DNA from: Eledone cirrhosa
Taxonomy: Eukaryota
Reading direction: 5' to 3'
Assembly (NCBI GenBank): GCA_964016885.1
Contig: OZ024745.1
Span: forward strand, 76,384,001 to 76,448,000
Length of the DNA stretch: 64,000 bases
In this document: in pieces, positions 12,470 through 23,906 of the stretch
Numbering within the stretch: position 1 is the first letter of the stretch
Layout of the letters: each line of letters starts with the position of its first letter
Made by a program: the position numbers and the translations under genes
Notes under the pieces: generated by a model
What the model saw: only the letters and a program-made list of their open reading frames with translations
What the model was told of the DNA's origin: nothing
Databases searched by the model: none

Positions 12470-13396
12470 TTGCTCGGCTTATTCAGTTTTTCCATGGCAC
12501 AGAAATGGAGTATTTCCATTTCGAATCAATACCTTTCACTAAAATCGGGCAATTGGACTGATCAAATTCACATTCATGCCAGTTTTTACAAATCCAAAAA
12601 ACGAAATTATCCTATTTCCAATCAGAAATATAGAACGCGCGAGTTAATCTTATCATTACTCATAATCGGTTGTGTCGAATTGAATCCTGGACCTGAATTT
12701 GAATTCAATGAGACTGACAAAGATCAAAACATTGATAAACAGAATGAAAAACGGAGAAAAACTGCAATTAGGAATAGGGAGTACAGGCAACCGAAAGCTG
12801 CAGAAATAAGAGAAAAAAGACAATCAGACGAAGCAAAATTTAAAAATAAGGCATGGCAAAAAGCATATAGACTGAGAAGAGGCGATGAGGGCAAAAGTCA
12901 GGAGGCATCGTATCAAAAAGTGCGCAGACTGAGGGCAGGTGATGAGGGCAAAAATCAGCATGCATTGAATCAAAAAGAGCACAGAGTGAGAGCAGGCGAT
13001 AAGGGCAAAAGTCAACAGGCATTGTATCAAAAAGCACACAGATTGAGAACAGGAGAAGAAGGAAAAGAAAAAGATGCCATATATTTTTCACATTATTATT
13101 TTACAAATGCACGGTTGATACAACAAAAACACAAATTTTTGTACAGAAAAAAACGAATTCAACGATTTAAAGACATTCGCATGCAAAGGGAAATCATGTT
13201 ACACAAATTCACAAAATCATATTTGGCTTCGAAAAAAGAAAAACCAAAAAATCGGACACAGTATAGGAAGAAATTCAAGCAGGGCCTTGAAAAAGTTTCC
13301 AAAATCTACAGAGAAGCACAGGGAATTCGAAATTTCATATTTAATGAATTGAAAAAAAACAATGGCTTCAGTTTATGCACACATCAAATTAGCTAA
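12470..13396 (+). pseudogene. N-terminal ORF of Helentron polyprotein: 2A-like motif, basic region, 4x19-aa repeat
   Basis: LILSLLIIGCVELNPGP at ~12644-12694; Lys/Arg-rich; continues by frameshift at an A-run (~13360) into 13362..13862. Confidence 0.6.
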
Positions 13397-13566
13397 GAAG
13401 GAGGGGTTGACTGCATACTGGGGGGAAATATTTTACCATACTTTCACAAATGAACGCTTTCTATTCCCCAAAAGTACAGTTGATTATTTTCCTCTAACAG
13501 AACTTGAAAACCACAAATTTCTGATTGATGACTGTCCAACAAATGAGTGCAGGTGTAAAGATGGTG

Positions 13567-13962
13567 ATGAGCCAAGTGAGGGAGGTGCACAAGGAGAGGG
13601 AGGTGAGCAAAGTGAGAAAGGTGCACAAAGTGGGGGGGATGAGCCAAGTGAGAAAGGTGCACAAAGAGGGGGAGATGAGCCAAGTGACGGAGGAGCACAA
13701 GGAAAGGGATGTGAGCAAAGTGAGAAATGTGCACAAAGAGGGGGGGATGAGCCAAGTGAGACAGGTGCACAAAGAGGGGCAGATGAGCCAAGTGAGGAAG
13801 GCAAGCAAAGAGGGGGAGATGAGCCAAGTGAGGGAGGTGCACAAAGAGGGGGGGGGGGGTGAGCCAAGTGAGAAATGTCCACAAAGAGGGGTAGATGAGC
13901 CAACTGATGGAGGTGAGCAAAGTGAGACAGATGCACAAAAAGAGGGGGGTGAGCAAAGTGAC
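13567..13962 (+). repeat. 36-bp coding minisatellite (~11 copies, DEPSEKGAQRGG)
   Basis: Unit GATGAGCCAAGTGAGAAAGGTGCACAAAGAGGGGGA; frameshift in G-run at 13848-13859. Confidence 0.9.
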
Positions 13963-14519
13963 CAGGAAGATTTTGATGGCAGAAAATGTACAGAACTTCT
14001 GACTTTGGCTAGATTGTGCAAATTTGGTCCCCCATCAAATTGCCCAGATCCCACTGCACGTCTAAAGCTAGCTAAACGAATGCACAAGGCCATACATGAA
14101 CTTTCACCTGATTTGACTGTGTCCCAAATTCGGAAAAAAATGGAAATCTCTGAGCAGTGTAAAGGATTCCATAGGGACAACATCTATTGCATAGGACAGT
14201 CTGACTGCACAAATGGACTTGAACTGATTCGAAGTATGGCTCCTCACTCTCCTCGCATCCGTACAATTCTGAGATGTGTGTACAAAGTGAGATCAGTCTG
14301 TGTCTGGCTAGACTCCTATGACATTTCAATCTTGGAAGGAAATTGGTCAATGTTTGATGATCTAGTAAATCCCCAAAACATGTCCAACAATCTGCTAAGC
14401 CGTTTGAATGAGATAGTGGAAAATGAAAATGAGAGCTTGCATTCAGAATCCTCAATCATGGCCAATTTTGCATCCATTATCAAATATTTTAATAAAGAGA
14501 TTCAAAAAATGAAAATCAA

Positions 14520-16380
14520 CTCCTGTGACATTTGCAAACAACGAGAATTAGATGCTAAACTCAAAGTCTGGGAGGATTGGAGCCCTTTGACAAATCCCTA
14601 TCTCCTGGAAACCATTCAACAAAACTACTCTCTACCATGTACGATTTGCTCTACATGTAGAAATAGTCTTGTCAAAAGTCGATAGTGGTCAAAATTCCAA
14701 ATGTGTTGTCAAAGTTGAACATGTATGAGCAGATTTTGATCCAAATGGCCAATTGCTTCATCAATGTCATTAAATTGTCACCCTATCGTTTCAAAGGTGC
14801 ACCATCACATCTAGTAGCTGCTATTAAAGGATTAGCAACTCACATGCCACTACCAGTAGAAAACACAATCAATCATGTAATGAAAAAACTTCCATCGAAT
14901 CAAAATGATGCATTTGAAATAATTGTTGATAGTCTTCCAACTAAAAAGGGCACAATTTGGCGATCGCTAGTGAATATGCAAAATGTCTTTGATGCCTTGG
15001 AGTGGCTGAAAAACAACAATGACATTTACAATGACATTTTGATAGACAGAACCACAAATTTAGAGGACATTGTTACATGCACTGGTGAAAATGTTTCCAT
15101 CAATTTTCCACACATTCTCACACAAACTGGTGCTGAAACAGTCTATGAACAGCATACTGTACAGCAAATCAAGCCTGCACTCCCAAATCAAAAGGACCTT
15201 GAACTGTTTCGCATGAAACGAGTTGAAGGTATTCTTCTTCCGGACAATGATCCAAACCTGGATCTGATGTGCTTCCCCCACTTATTCCCTAAAGGAAAAT
15301 TTGGAATGATGCACATGAACAGACCCCATGGTAGAGTAAAGCCCTACATGTTCATCAGAAACAGACTCAGACATGAGGACCCCCGGTTTCGTAGAGACAT
15401 TCAGTAAATTCTCTACAATTTGGACAAGGCTGACAAACGAGCACTAGATTATGGCATTTATGCCGTAATGAAATCAGTCAAAATTCCAAAATTGACACTT
15501 GCTCAATTTTATAAAAGATTGGAAGACAATGATGAACAATTGGAAAGTGGTTTGTCAATGATGATGGCGAGTGTTCGTGGAACAAAGCCATTTTGGGAAC
15601 GCAAGTGCTCCGACTTGAATGACATAGATGAGAAATTCAGTCCTGCCCATTTGTTTATCACTCTTTCATGTGCTGAATACTTTTGGCCAGGCTTGAGGGA
15701 ATTTTTGGAAAAACTCAATAAAGACATTACAAATGTTGAAACAAGGCCGATAGGGAATCTCTGTGCAAATGATGTTGTGGCTGTCAGTGAGTACTTTCAC
15801 CATCGTTTTAGTGCTGTTTTTCATGATGTAATTTTAAATAAAAAAGGCCCATTTGGGGAAATTATTCATTACTTTTGGCGACTCGAGTATCAACAACGTG
15901 GTGCCCCTCACATTCACCTTAAAGCCTGGGTTCGGGACAGTGTAATTTTTGACAAAGATCCTAAAGAAAAAATCAAGCAATTTATTGAACGCTGTATTAC
16001 TTGCCGGCTACCATCCCCTGTGGCCAGCCCAAACTTGGCAAATCTCGTTAGACGGTTCCTAGTCCATACTTGTGGCAAAGCATGCTGGAGAATAGTTAGG
16101 AGAGGGAAACATTTTCGTAAAAAATGCCGTTTTGGTTTTGCACGTGCAGTGGGGCCATTTCGGTTTTTCTCAGTTTCTGAAAGTATCAAATCACGAAAAA
16201 ATGGTAATGGGACAAAAAAATTGTACCAATTGGAAAGAAAAGAATCAGAAAAGTACATAAATGACTACAATCCATGTTTACTTCTAGCCTGGCAAGCAAA
16301 TATAGATGTGCAATACATTGGTGAGAATAGTATGATTTTGAATAGATATGTCACCTGCTATCAGACTAAGGCTGAAAAAA
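14520..16380 (+). pseudogene. Helentron Zn-cluster/DUF6570-like region and HUH replication initiator (Rep) domain
   Basis: ALEWLKNNNDIY, LDLMCFPHLFPKG, VRGTKPFW, HUH motif PHIH, HTC..C..CRFGF, NDYNP..LAWQANIDVQY, YxxxYxxK. Confidence 0.92.
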
Positions 16381-17027
16381 AATGAGGCTGAGGGAGTGTG
16401 GGCGAATCTGGATCATTCCAAAACAAAATATGGGAAATACAAAAGTGCTGGACTGCAATTGCTTGGGAAAAGGGATACAGGAGGGCATGAAGCTGCTGAC
16501 AAACTTTTGGGGCATCATTTTTACGGGTCATCAGATCATGTTATTTGGGTAGGTGCAGACATTCCCAGTAGGCGCGGCCGCAGATTGAAATCTCAAAATG
16601 ATCTCGATGAACTGAGTGAACACTCAATGGACTTGTTCTACGAGAACATGGTGGAAACTTTTTACAAAAACCGGCCAAAATTCCTGGAAGATTCCTCCTT
16701 ATATGAAGTTGCCAGCAAATATGAGAGGACACAAAAAAAACCTGTTGACAAAGATGTGGCTACAAAAATGAAATTGCTCAATGACAAGGTATTTTCATAG
16801 TGTAAAAGAGCGGGTAGTTAAAGCACCGAATATACAGCTCAAAAATGACACAAAAGAACGTTATTACCACAATCTTCTAATGCTGTTCAAACCCTGGCGC
16901 GATGAGGACAAAGATTTATTGGGGGGCTGCAAAACATTTGAAGAGTCCTTTCATCTGTGTGCAAACAATTTGCCTGATATGGTGAATTTTCAAAATGTGA
17001 GGAAAAAAAATCACTGATGCAGTTGAG

Positions 17028-18240
17028 ATGGGGAAGAGGTTGGAGAAGGAGAGTGAAAAGGAGGGAGAGGTCGGAGAAGGACGGAGAGAAGAGGGGGAGA
17101 AGGAGGCAAGAGATGAGGCTGGTATTGATGTTCCCCAAATTCGAGATGTAGATGAAACTGTTCTACAGACAAAAGAAACACAGCTTAATACAGATCAAAT
17201 ATCCATATACAATCTAATTGTATCAGAAATTGAAAAACAGGAATTGCATTGGAATTCGGAAAAACCACTACCAAGGTGCAGATGTGATGATTGCCCACAA
17301 TTTCTCAAATTTGTCTCTGGTGTAGGAGGTACAGGGAAAAGTTTTCTCATTGATATAATTTCTGACAAAGTTACTCAAATTTGTTGCAAGAGAAATGGGG
17401 CCCGAGTAGTCATTTGTGCACCAACTGGTATGGCTGCTTTCCAAATCAGGGGGACTACTTTGCACAGGCTCTTGAAACTCCCAGTCCAACATGGAAAGTC
17501 ACCATCATATAGGGAATTAGAAAGTGATGAACTCAAAATTTTGCGATCCACTCTAGCGGGTGTCCGTCTGATAATTATCGATGAAATAAGTATGGTCAGT
17601 CATCTGATGTTGGCATTTATCCATAGGCGTCTAGATGAGATTTTTGGGGACCAGAGTCAAATGACCAGCCCTTTTGGAAAAATAAATATTCTGGTTTTTG
17701 GCGATCTACTTCAACTTTCACCAGTAAATGAAAAAACACTCTTTTCCAGTATTTCTGCATATGATGCTAAAAGGACTGGTCTGGGAATAAGTGGGCAGTC
17801 ACTGTGGAAATTTTTCGACTATGATGAACTCACTATAAACATACGGCAAAAAAATGACAGTGAAAACTATTCTGAAATGTTGGGTCGAATAAGAATAGGA
17901 TCACGTACAGACATGGACATCAAGACTTTGAGTGAACATTGCCTATTCCCAGATCCCAGGGCAACAATGAGAGAGGCAACTGAGAAACTAATGCAACTTT
18001 GCACATTACCTAGTCAAAAATTTGTCTGTATTTTGCCTGTCAATGAATCTGTAGATGAATTCAACAAGGAAATGCTTAAGCATGCCAACATCAGTACAGT
18101 TGTAGTTATTGCTGAGGACTCAGGAATGCGCCAGAAAGGTCGTAAAAAAAAGTCAAAGTCAAACAAATTTTCCAAACCAAAAATGGCATCAGACACTGCT
18201 GGACTTGAGACTGAATTGCAAGTTGGAGTTGGGGCCATTC
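17028..18240 (+). pseudogene. PIF1-family SF1B helicase domain, 3' truncated
   Basis: Walker A GVGGTGKS, APTGMAA..IRGTTLH, Walker B IIDEISMV, GDLLQLSPV, LTINIRQ, RIRIG; homology stops after LQVGVGA, so motifs V/VI are absent. Confidence 0.92.
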
Positions 18241-18474
18241 CCTATTATGCACTAATCATCTCAAATGCATTCATGATTTACTAGCTTTGTCATTAAGCCA
18301 GTTGCCTCAACTAGATTGCAATTATACTCAAAAGAACTTTAAAATGTCAATCACTTGTCAGTAATTCACTATGATCATTTAATTATTAGATAGTTGTTGC
18401 TTGCATTGCCTTAAAAAATAGTAGACCAGATAGAAAAATGCGTACAGCAAAAAAAAGTAATATTGTTGGAATAT

Positions 18475-19366
18475 AAACCTTTAAAAATACAGGACAAGAA
18501 ACTAAAATAAAACTTTAAAGAATTGGACAAGAAATAAAAAAATTTACAATAATATTAGTGGCAACATTTTTTTATTCGTTTCCTGTGCTATGCCCCAGTA
18601 TCTTCTTGATTAGTGCATAATAATTGTCATGCTCTCATTGTGCGTTGCCCCTGAGCGGTTTGTTCTGGTTGGGGTTGGTTGGCTGAGCAGTTCTGCTCCG
18701 TCAGAATGACCATTGCAAGAAGAATTGGCAGATGCAGCTGCAGGTCTCCTCCAAGAATGCACTTCTGGTCCCGCAACACCAGACGAAGATGAAGAAGACG
18801 ACCGGGACAAGATGTCGACTCTGACCACCGACTACGGCACCTCCCTCAACCACCGGTCCTCCCTCCCTCTGTCCCGTCATCCCTCCAGTCCTCCTGCTCC
18901 CCCTTCCTGTACCAGAAAGCTGTGGCACGCATTCATCTGGACTGCCGGACTTGAACTCAAGGACAAGATGCAAGGAGAAGATGGACGGGTTGGTCAAGAT
19001 CAAGGATGAGCGGGACGACAAGACCGTCCGCTGCTGCTCAAGATCTGTGCTCATGGGCCCATGGGTCCATTCACATTATGCATGACACATGAGGCGTGTC
19101 GCCGAATGATGAAATAGGGGTATGGTTATGGCCCAATTGGTGTTCAAACCAGGATCAAATTATCCCCCGGTCTGACGACGACCTCTGAATGTGGAACCCA
19201 GAGCCTATGAATGTGGAACTCGATTTTTTACCAATAAAAATTTTGCCACTAATATTATTGTAACATTTTTTATTTCTTGTCCAATTCTTTAAAGTTTTAT
19301 CTTAGTTTCTTGTCCTATTCTTTTAAAGTTTTATTTTAGTTTCTTGTCCTGTATTTTTAAAGGTTT
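18475..19366. repeat. ~100/130 bp inverted repeats enclosing a GC-rich ORF-like cassette
   Basis: 18475-18576 is the reverse complement of 19233-19366 (arms built from a ~30 bp GGACAAGAAACTAAAATAAAACTTTAAA subrepeat, 2 vs 3 copies). Confidence 0.85.
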
Positions 19367-19845
19367 CCTCTGTCTTTCTGCATGTCATTCCATCTGTTTA
19401 CAACTGAGAGCAAAAAAAAAAAAAAAAAAAAAAAAGAAAGAAATGGCTTGTTTTTCTGATGTTATTTTTTTTCCTGCTAATTTTGGTTTGTTTAACAAAA
19501 GCTGTATGAATTCCCACACAAGACGCCTAAAAAAATATGTTTCTCTATCTATTTCTTTTTCTATTAAAATAATTAATATAATTAATATAATTAAAATAAA
19601 AAAAAAATCTACCAAACTTGACTGTTTGTTACTAGTCTGAAATTATGACAGAAAGTAGAATTAGTCTCCTTCTATCTAGGGATAAGTCATCCAAATTAAT
19701 AAAAAAATAATTTTAAAAATGTCTGAACCTCATATGCTTTCATTATGTACTGTAACGAGCTGTAACTACCTGCAGCAGCGAGGCCTTTTCTTCAGCACTT
19801 TAATAAACTTGTTAATCCACCACCACCGTACATATTTGTACATAA

Positions 19846-20021
19846 TTGTTTCTACTTTAGGCACAAGGCCAGCAATTACCCAGTGCATTACTGGTACTTT
19901 ATTTTATCGACACCGTAAGGATGAAAGGCAAAGTCAATTTCGGCGGGATTTGATCTGAGTTCAAATCCCGCCGAGGTTGACTTTGCCTTTCATCCTTACG
20001 GTGTCGATAAAATAAAGTACC
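19846..20021. mobile_element. Two back-to-back SINE family A fragments
   Basis: Minus copy 19846-19952 abuts plus copy 19952-20021 at GATC. Confidence 0.8.
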
Positions 20022-20215
20022 TGTCACGGACGTACATACTGGATTTGATATAATCGACTTTCACTTCTTTCCCTCTTAAAACAAATATATATATATCGAG
20101 TGCACACCCGGGTGAACCTACAGTAACTCCGCGTTACACTCCTTGTATATATCATCATCATCGTTTAACGTCTATCTTCCACGCTAGCATGGGTTTGTAT
20201 ATATATGTATGTATA

Positions 20216-20268
<53 letters not shown>

Positions 20269-20271
<3 letters not shown>

Positions 20272-20680
20272 GGGCGGGTTAAATTTCTGAGATCCATGGA
20301 CGAGTTCTCTCCAGCGGTCTCTGTCCCTCATTATTGCTGCCATGTCGTGCGTCTCAAAGAGACCAGTGTCTGTCCTTAGGGCATCAACATATGTTAACCT
20401 CGATCTTTCTCTTCCAGTGTGTCCATGCAGGGGCTCCCACAGGAGCACCGAGTGGAGTGTCAACTCTGGATATCGGTGAGCATGTCCAGCTAACCTCAGT
20501 CTCCTCTGTGCTACTCTTGAGCTGACTTTTGGGAGGCTCCCGTACAGCTCTGAGTTCTTCATCCTCAGTGTATACTGATTAATGTTCAGAGCCATCCTCG
20601 GCATTCACTCAGCATCCACCATCTGAGTGAGTTTCTTGGTCAGTGTCCAAGTCTCAGACCCGTACAGCAGCACAGCCAAG
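20269..20680 (-). mobile_element. RTE-clade LINE 3' fragment (second family)
   Basis: VLLYGSETWTLTK...RRLRLAGH...VLLWEP...DRDRWR. Confidence 0.85.
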
Positions 20681-20842
20681 TACTGTTATATTCGGGGAGA
20701 GTCATGTTGTTATAATATTGCCAAAAATATATAGTAAAACACACTCACTGTTTTTTGGGGGTTGGTTTTCGCTTCAGTATATTTTATATTTCTATAATTA
20801 ATTCAGCTGGCAATCAATGTTTGTCATTGATTGACCAACCGT

Positions 20843-20907
<65 letters not shown>

Positions 20908-21188
20908 AAATAAGCAGAACAAGTAAAATTCAACCAATTTTTCAAAATAAATCAAAATTAATTTAAAATTAAAATTAATCAAAATAAAAAATATAATATA
21001 AATATTTACCTATTCAGATGGCCCTTACTGTACAGTTTCACTTTGCAAAACATTAGATATCCTATATCAGTTGCTTCTACGGTTAGTGAGAGTAGGGTTA
21101 TTCAACCTAAGCAGTTGGTCCGTGCTAGAAGGATTAGATGGGGGAGGTGTGCTACTGAGTAATTATTGGTGTAGTGGCGTGGTGTATT

Positions 21189-23225
21189 AACCGAAAAGCC
21201 CAGGCTTTGGTTAAGGACTTGCATTTGGATAGATTTACCCACCCTTATGTACCAACAACCCCAAGGTTCTCTCTCAAGGACCACAAGCCAAACTTTATAG
21301 AGAACCCATCCATTAGACTCATAAGCCCAACCACATCTGACCTGGGTCGCATCAGTAAGAACATCCTCGATAGGATAATCCCTGGGCTACGGGATGATAC
21401 CATCTACAAGTTGTGGTCCAACACCGGCCAAGTCATCAGATGGTTCTCCGATCTAAGGTCCAAGCAACCTATGAGGTTCATCCAATTTGATATAGACAGA
21501 TATTACGCGTCAATAACCCCGGAACTGCTCAACAAAGCACTAGCCCTAGCAACCACCAACTCTGACATAACCAATAATGAGATTAACATCATACTCATGG
21601 CTAGGCAGACTATCATTGAATTCAACGGAGCACTCTGGACTAGAAAAGATAGAACAGATAACTTTGACATTACGATGGGCTCAAGCGATTCCGCGCAAGT
21701 CACCGATTTAGTTGGGATTTACCTATTACGTAACATCAGAGCCCAAATCCAACCCATGCAAGGTGGAATATACAGGGACGACGCCCTATTTGCAGTCCAC
21801 AATTGCACTAATCGGGGAATCGATTTGCTTAAGAAACAACTTCATAGATTCTTAAAAAATAACGGTCTCTCTATCACCATCGAGCTGAACCATAAAGTAG
21901 TAAACTTCCTAGACGTCACCCTTGATCTCAACAATAACCTTTATAACCCTTACCACAAACCAGGCGAAATACTCACATATTTTAGCCCACACTCTAACCA
22001 CCCACCAGCAGTCATCAGAGCAGTAATCAAATCTATCTCCTATAGGATCTCAATGCTATCAGCAAATGAAGAGATATTTATAAACCACGCACAATATTAT
22101 AATAAGGCTCTCTCTGAATCTGGTTATAAACAATCAATTTATTACATACCAAAATGCCATAACACAGCAACTCACCATAATAAAATTAACACTAGAACTA
22201 GTAATACCTTAGCATATAGCCAGATTCGCCGGAATGTTAGCAGTAACAGCACCTATACAGGGAACTTTAATGGTGGCAGCGGCCTGCTCCCCACTCCTAG
22301 TAGCAAACAAAGAATCAACCCCAGAATAGGAATGAGAAATGAGATGACAAATAACAAACCCCCAGGTAATAATAACCCTAGGAAGGCCCCTACCAACTCC
22401 ACTAGAACCCCTAGAAAGAATAGGCCTAGAAATATCACCTGGCTTAACCCACCATTCTCATCTAATCTAGCCACTAATATCCCCAATCGCTTCTTCTCTA
22501 TCCTATCCAAACACTCCCCCCCTAACCATAGATATTACAAACTCTTTAATAAAAACAACATTAAAATCTCATTCTCCACTACACCTAACCTAGCTAGCCA
22601 CATCGCGTTCAGTAACCATCATAAGCTAAGACACTATAACTCCCACACCGCGGTACCACCACTCCTATCAAATACACCACGCCACTACACCAATAATTAC
22701 TCTAGTAGCACACCTCCCCCATCTAATCCTTCTAGCACGGACCAACTGCTTAGGTTAAATAACCCTACTCTCACTAACCGCAGAAGCAACTGCAACTGCC
22801 GCTACCCCAATGCATGCCCATTAAATGGACACTGCCTGACACCCAACATAGTCTATAGGTTCACAGTTGAGACTGCTTCGAATACCAGCTCGAATACCAT
22901 CGGGTCTACCTCTAACCCTTTTAAGGTACGCTATAACGCGCACTCTTTTTCCTTCCGAGATCCTAGCAACAGATGTTCGACATCGCTAGCTAGGCTCATT
23001 AAAAACCTTAAATTAAACAAAGTTCAACACTCACTAAAATGGGATATCGTGGCTAGGGCACAACCGTTCAATGGACGAAGGAAATCTTGTGATCTCTGTG
23101 TTACGGAAGCGTATTACATAACTCTATCAAGACCTCTACCAATTAACGATAGAACTGAGGTAACCATTAGCTGTCAACATCGAAGGGCTAATTACTTCGC
23201 CAATAGAGTTTTTGACCCAACTTAG
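21189..23225 (+). CDS. Penelope-like reverse transcriptase + GIY-YIG endonuclease (uninterrupted but N-truncated)
   Basis: RT motifs FDIDRYYASI, ITMGS, YRDD, FLDVTLDL, SNHPP; CNCR..CPL.GHC linker; IVY..TIGST, FKVRYNAH, CDLC..E nuclease motifs. Confidence 0.9.
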   Translation, partial: NRKAQALVKDLHLDRFTHPYVPTTPRFSLKDHKPNFIENPSIRLISPTTSDLGRISKNILDRIIPGLRDDTIYKLWSNTGQVIRWFSDLRSKQPMRFIQFDIDRYYASITPELLNKALALATTNSDITNNEINIILMARQTIIEFNGALWTRKDRTDNFDITMGSSDSAQVTDLVGIYLLRNIRAQIQPMQGGIYRDDALFAVHNCTNRGIDLLKKQLHRFLKNNGLSITIELNHKVVNFLDVTLDLNNNLYNPYHKPGEILTYFSPHSNHPPAVIRAVIKSISYRISMLSANEEIFINHAQYYNKALSESGYKQSIYYIPKCHNTATHHNKINTRTSNTLAYSQIRRNVSSNSTYTGNFNGGSGLLPTPSSKQRINPRIGMRNEMTNNKPPGNNNPRKAPTNSTRTPRKNRPRNITWLNPPFSSNLATNIPNRFFSILSKHSPPNHRYYKLFNKNNIKISFSTTPNLASHIAFSNHHKLRHYNSHTAVPPLLSNTPRHYTNNYSSSTPPPSNPSSTDQLLRLNNPTLTNRRSNCNCRYPNACPLNGHCLTPNIVYRFTVETASNTSSNTIGSTSNPFKVRYNAHSFSFRDPSNRCSTSLARLIKNLKLNKVQHSLKWDIVARAQPFNGRRKSCDLCVTEAYYITLSRPLPINDRTEVTISCQHRRANYFANRVFDPT

Positions 23226-23576
23226 TCATGTAGCCCCATCAATAATTGTAGCTAATAAGTTAAATTGCTATGAACAACTCGATAATTATAAGTTACCTCC
23301 CCTACATTGTCTCTCAATTAAATAATTTAAATACTAGCGCTTAACTATAAAATACACACAATCTCTAATCTCTCGAGAAGTTACTTCCCCTGAAACCACC
23401 CTCTAAATATGCCCTTTGGCAGCCATCTTGTTACCCATAGGCAGATCTCACACAATGCAGCCTCGACAGATGAGTACTGCTTGATTATGGCTGACAGCTG
23501 ATGAAACAAAGGCACCATAGTAAAAACTAATATATGGAACATTATATTATGTAACATTATTTTAATTTATATTAAG

Positions 23577-23760
23577 GGCGGTAGATTGGCAGTATCGGTA
23601 GAGAGTCGGACGCCATGCTTTGAAGCATAGTTACGTCCCTTTACGATCTGAGTTCAAATCCCACCGAGGTTGACTTAACCTTTCATCCTTACGAGGTCGA
23701 TAAAATAAAGTACCAGTAATGCACTGGGTAATTTCTGGCCTTGTGCCTAAAGTAGAAACA
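23577..23760 (+). mobile_element. SINE family A with 18-bp target-site duplication
   Basis: ATTATTTTAATTTATATT at 23556-23573 and 23761-23778. Confidence 0.9.
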
Positions 23761-23785
23761 ATTATTTTAATTTATATTCCTTTGA

Positions 23786-23906
23786 GTTCCGATGAGCCAC
23801 TCTGTTTTTTTAAATATGTTAATTATTTTCAACTGAACCAGATCAATTATGATACATAGTCATCTGATCCAGAAATATTATACGGAGTAGCGAAACAATT
23901 GTAAAC
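23786..23906 (+). ncRNA. Degenerate type I hammerhead-like motif with long stem II
   Basis: gtt CCGATGA gc.actctgt...acggagt.gc GAAAC AATT GTA aac; palindromic loop III; stem I only 3 bp. Confidence 0.45.

Larger units (their letters stand above)
12470..18240 (+). mobile_element. Decayed autonomous Helentron/Helitron2-type element: Rep (HUH/Y2) + PIF1 helicase gene
   Basis: Collinear ORF pieces: Cys cluster CDIC..CSTC, DUF6570-like block, FPHLFPKG, Rep motifs FITLSCAE, FWRLEYQQRGAPHIH, YVTCYQTK, then PIF1 motifs. Broken by ~6 frameshifts and one in-frame stop. Element termini not securely found. Confidence 0.9.

Noticed and set aside
13444-14183. Antisense ORFs over the 36-bp repeat
   Set aside because: Shadows of the sense-strand coding minisatellite.
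17028-18284. Host PIF1 gene
   Set aside because: Intronless, directly downstream of a HUH Rep domain and truncated: transposon-derived.
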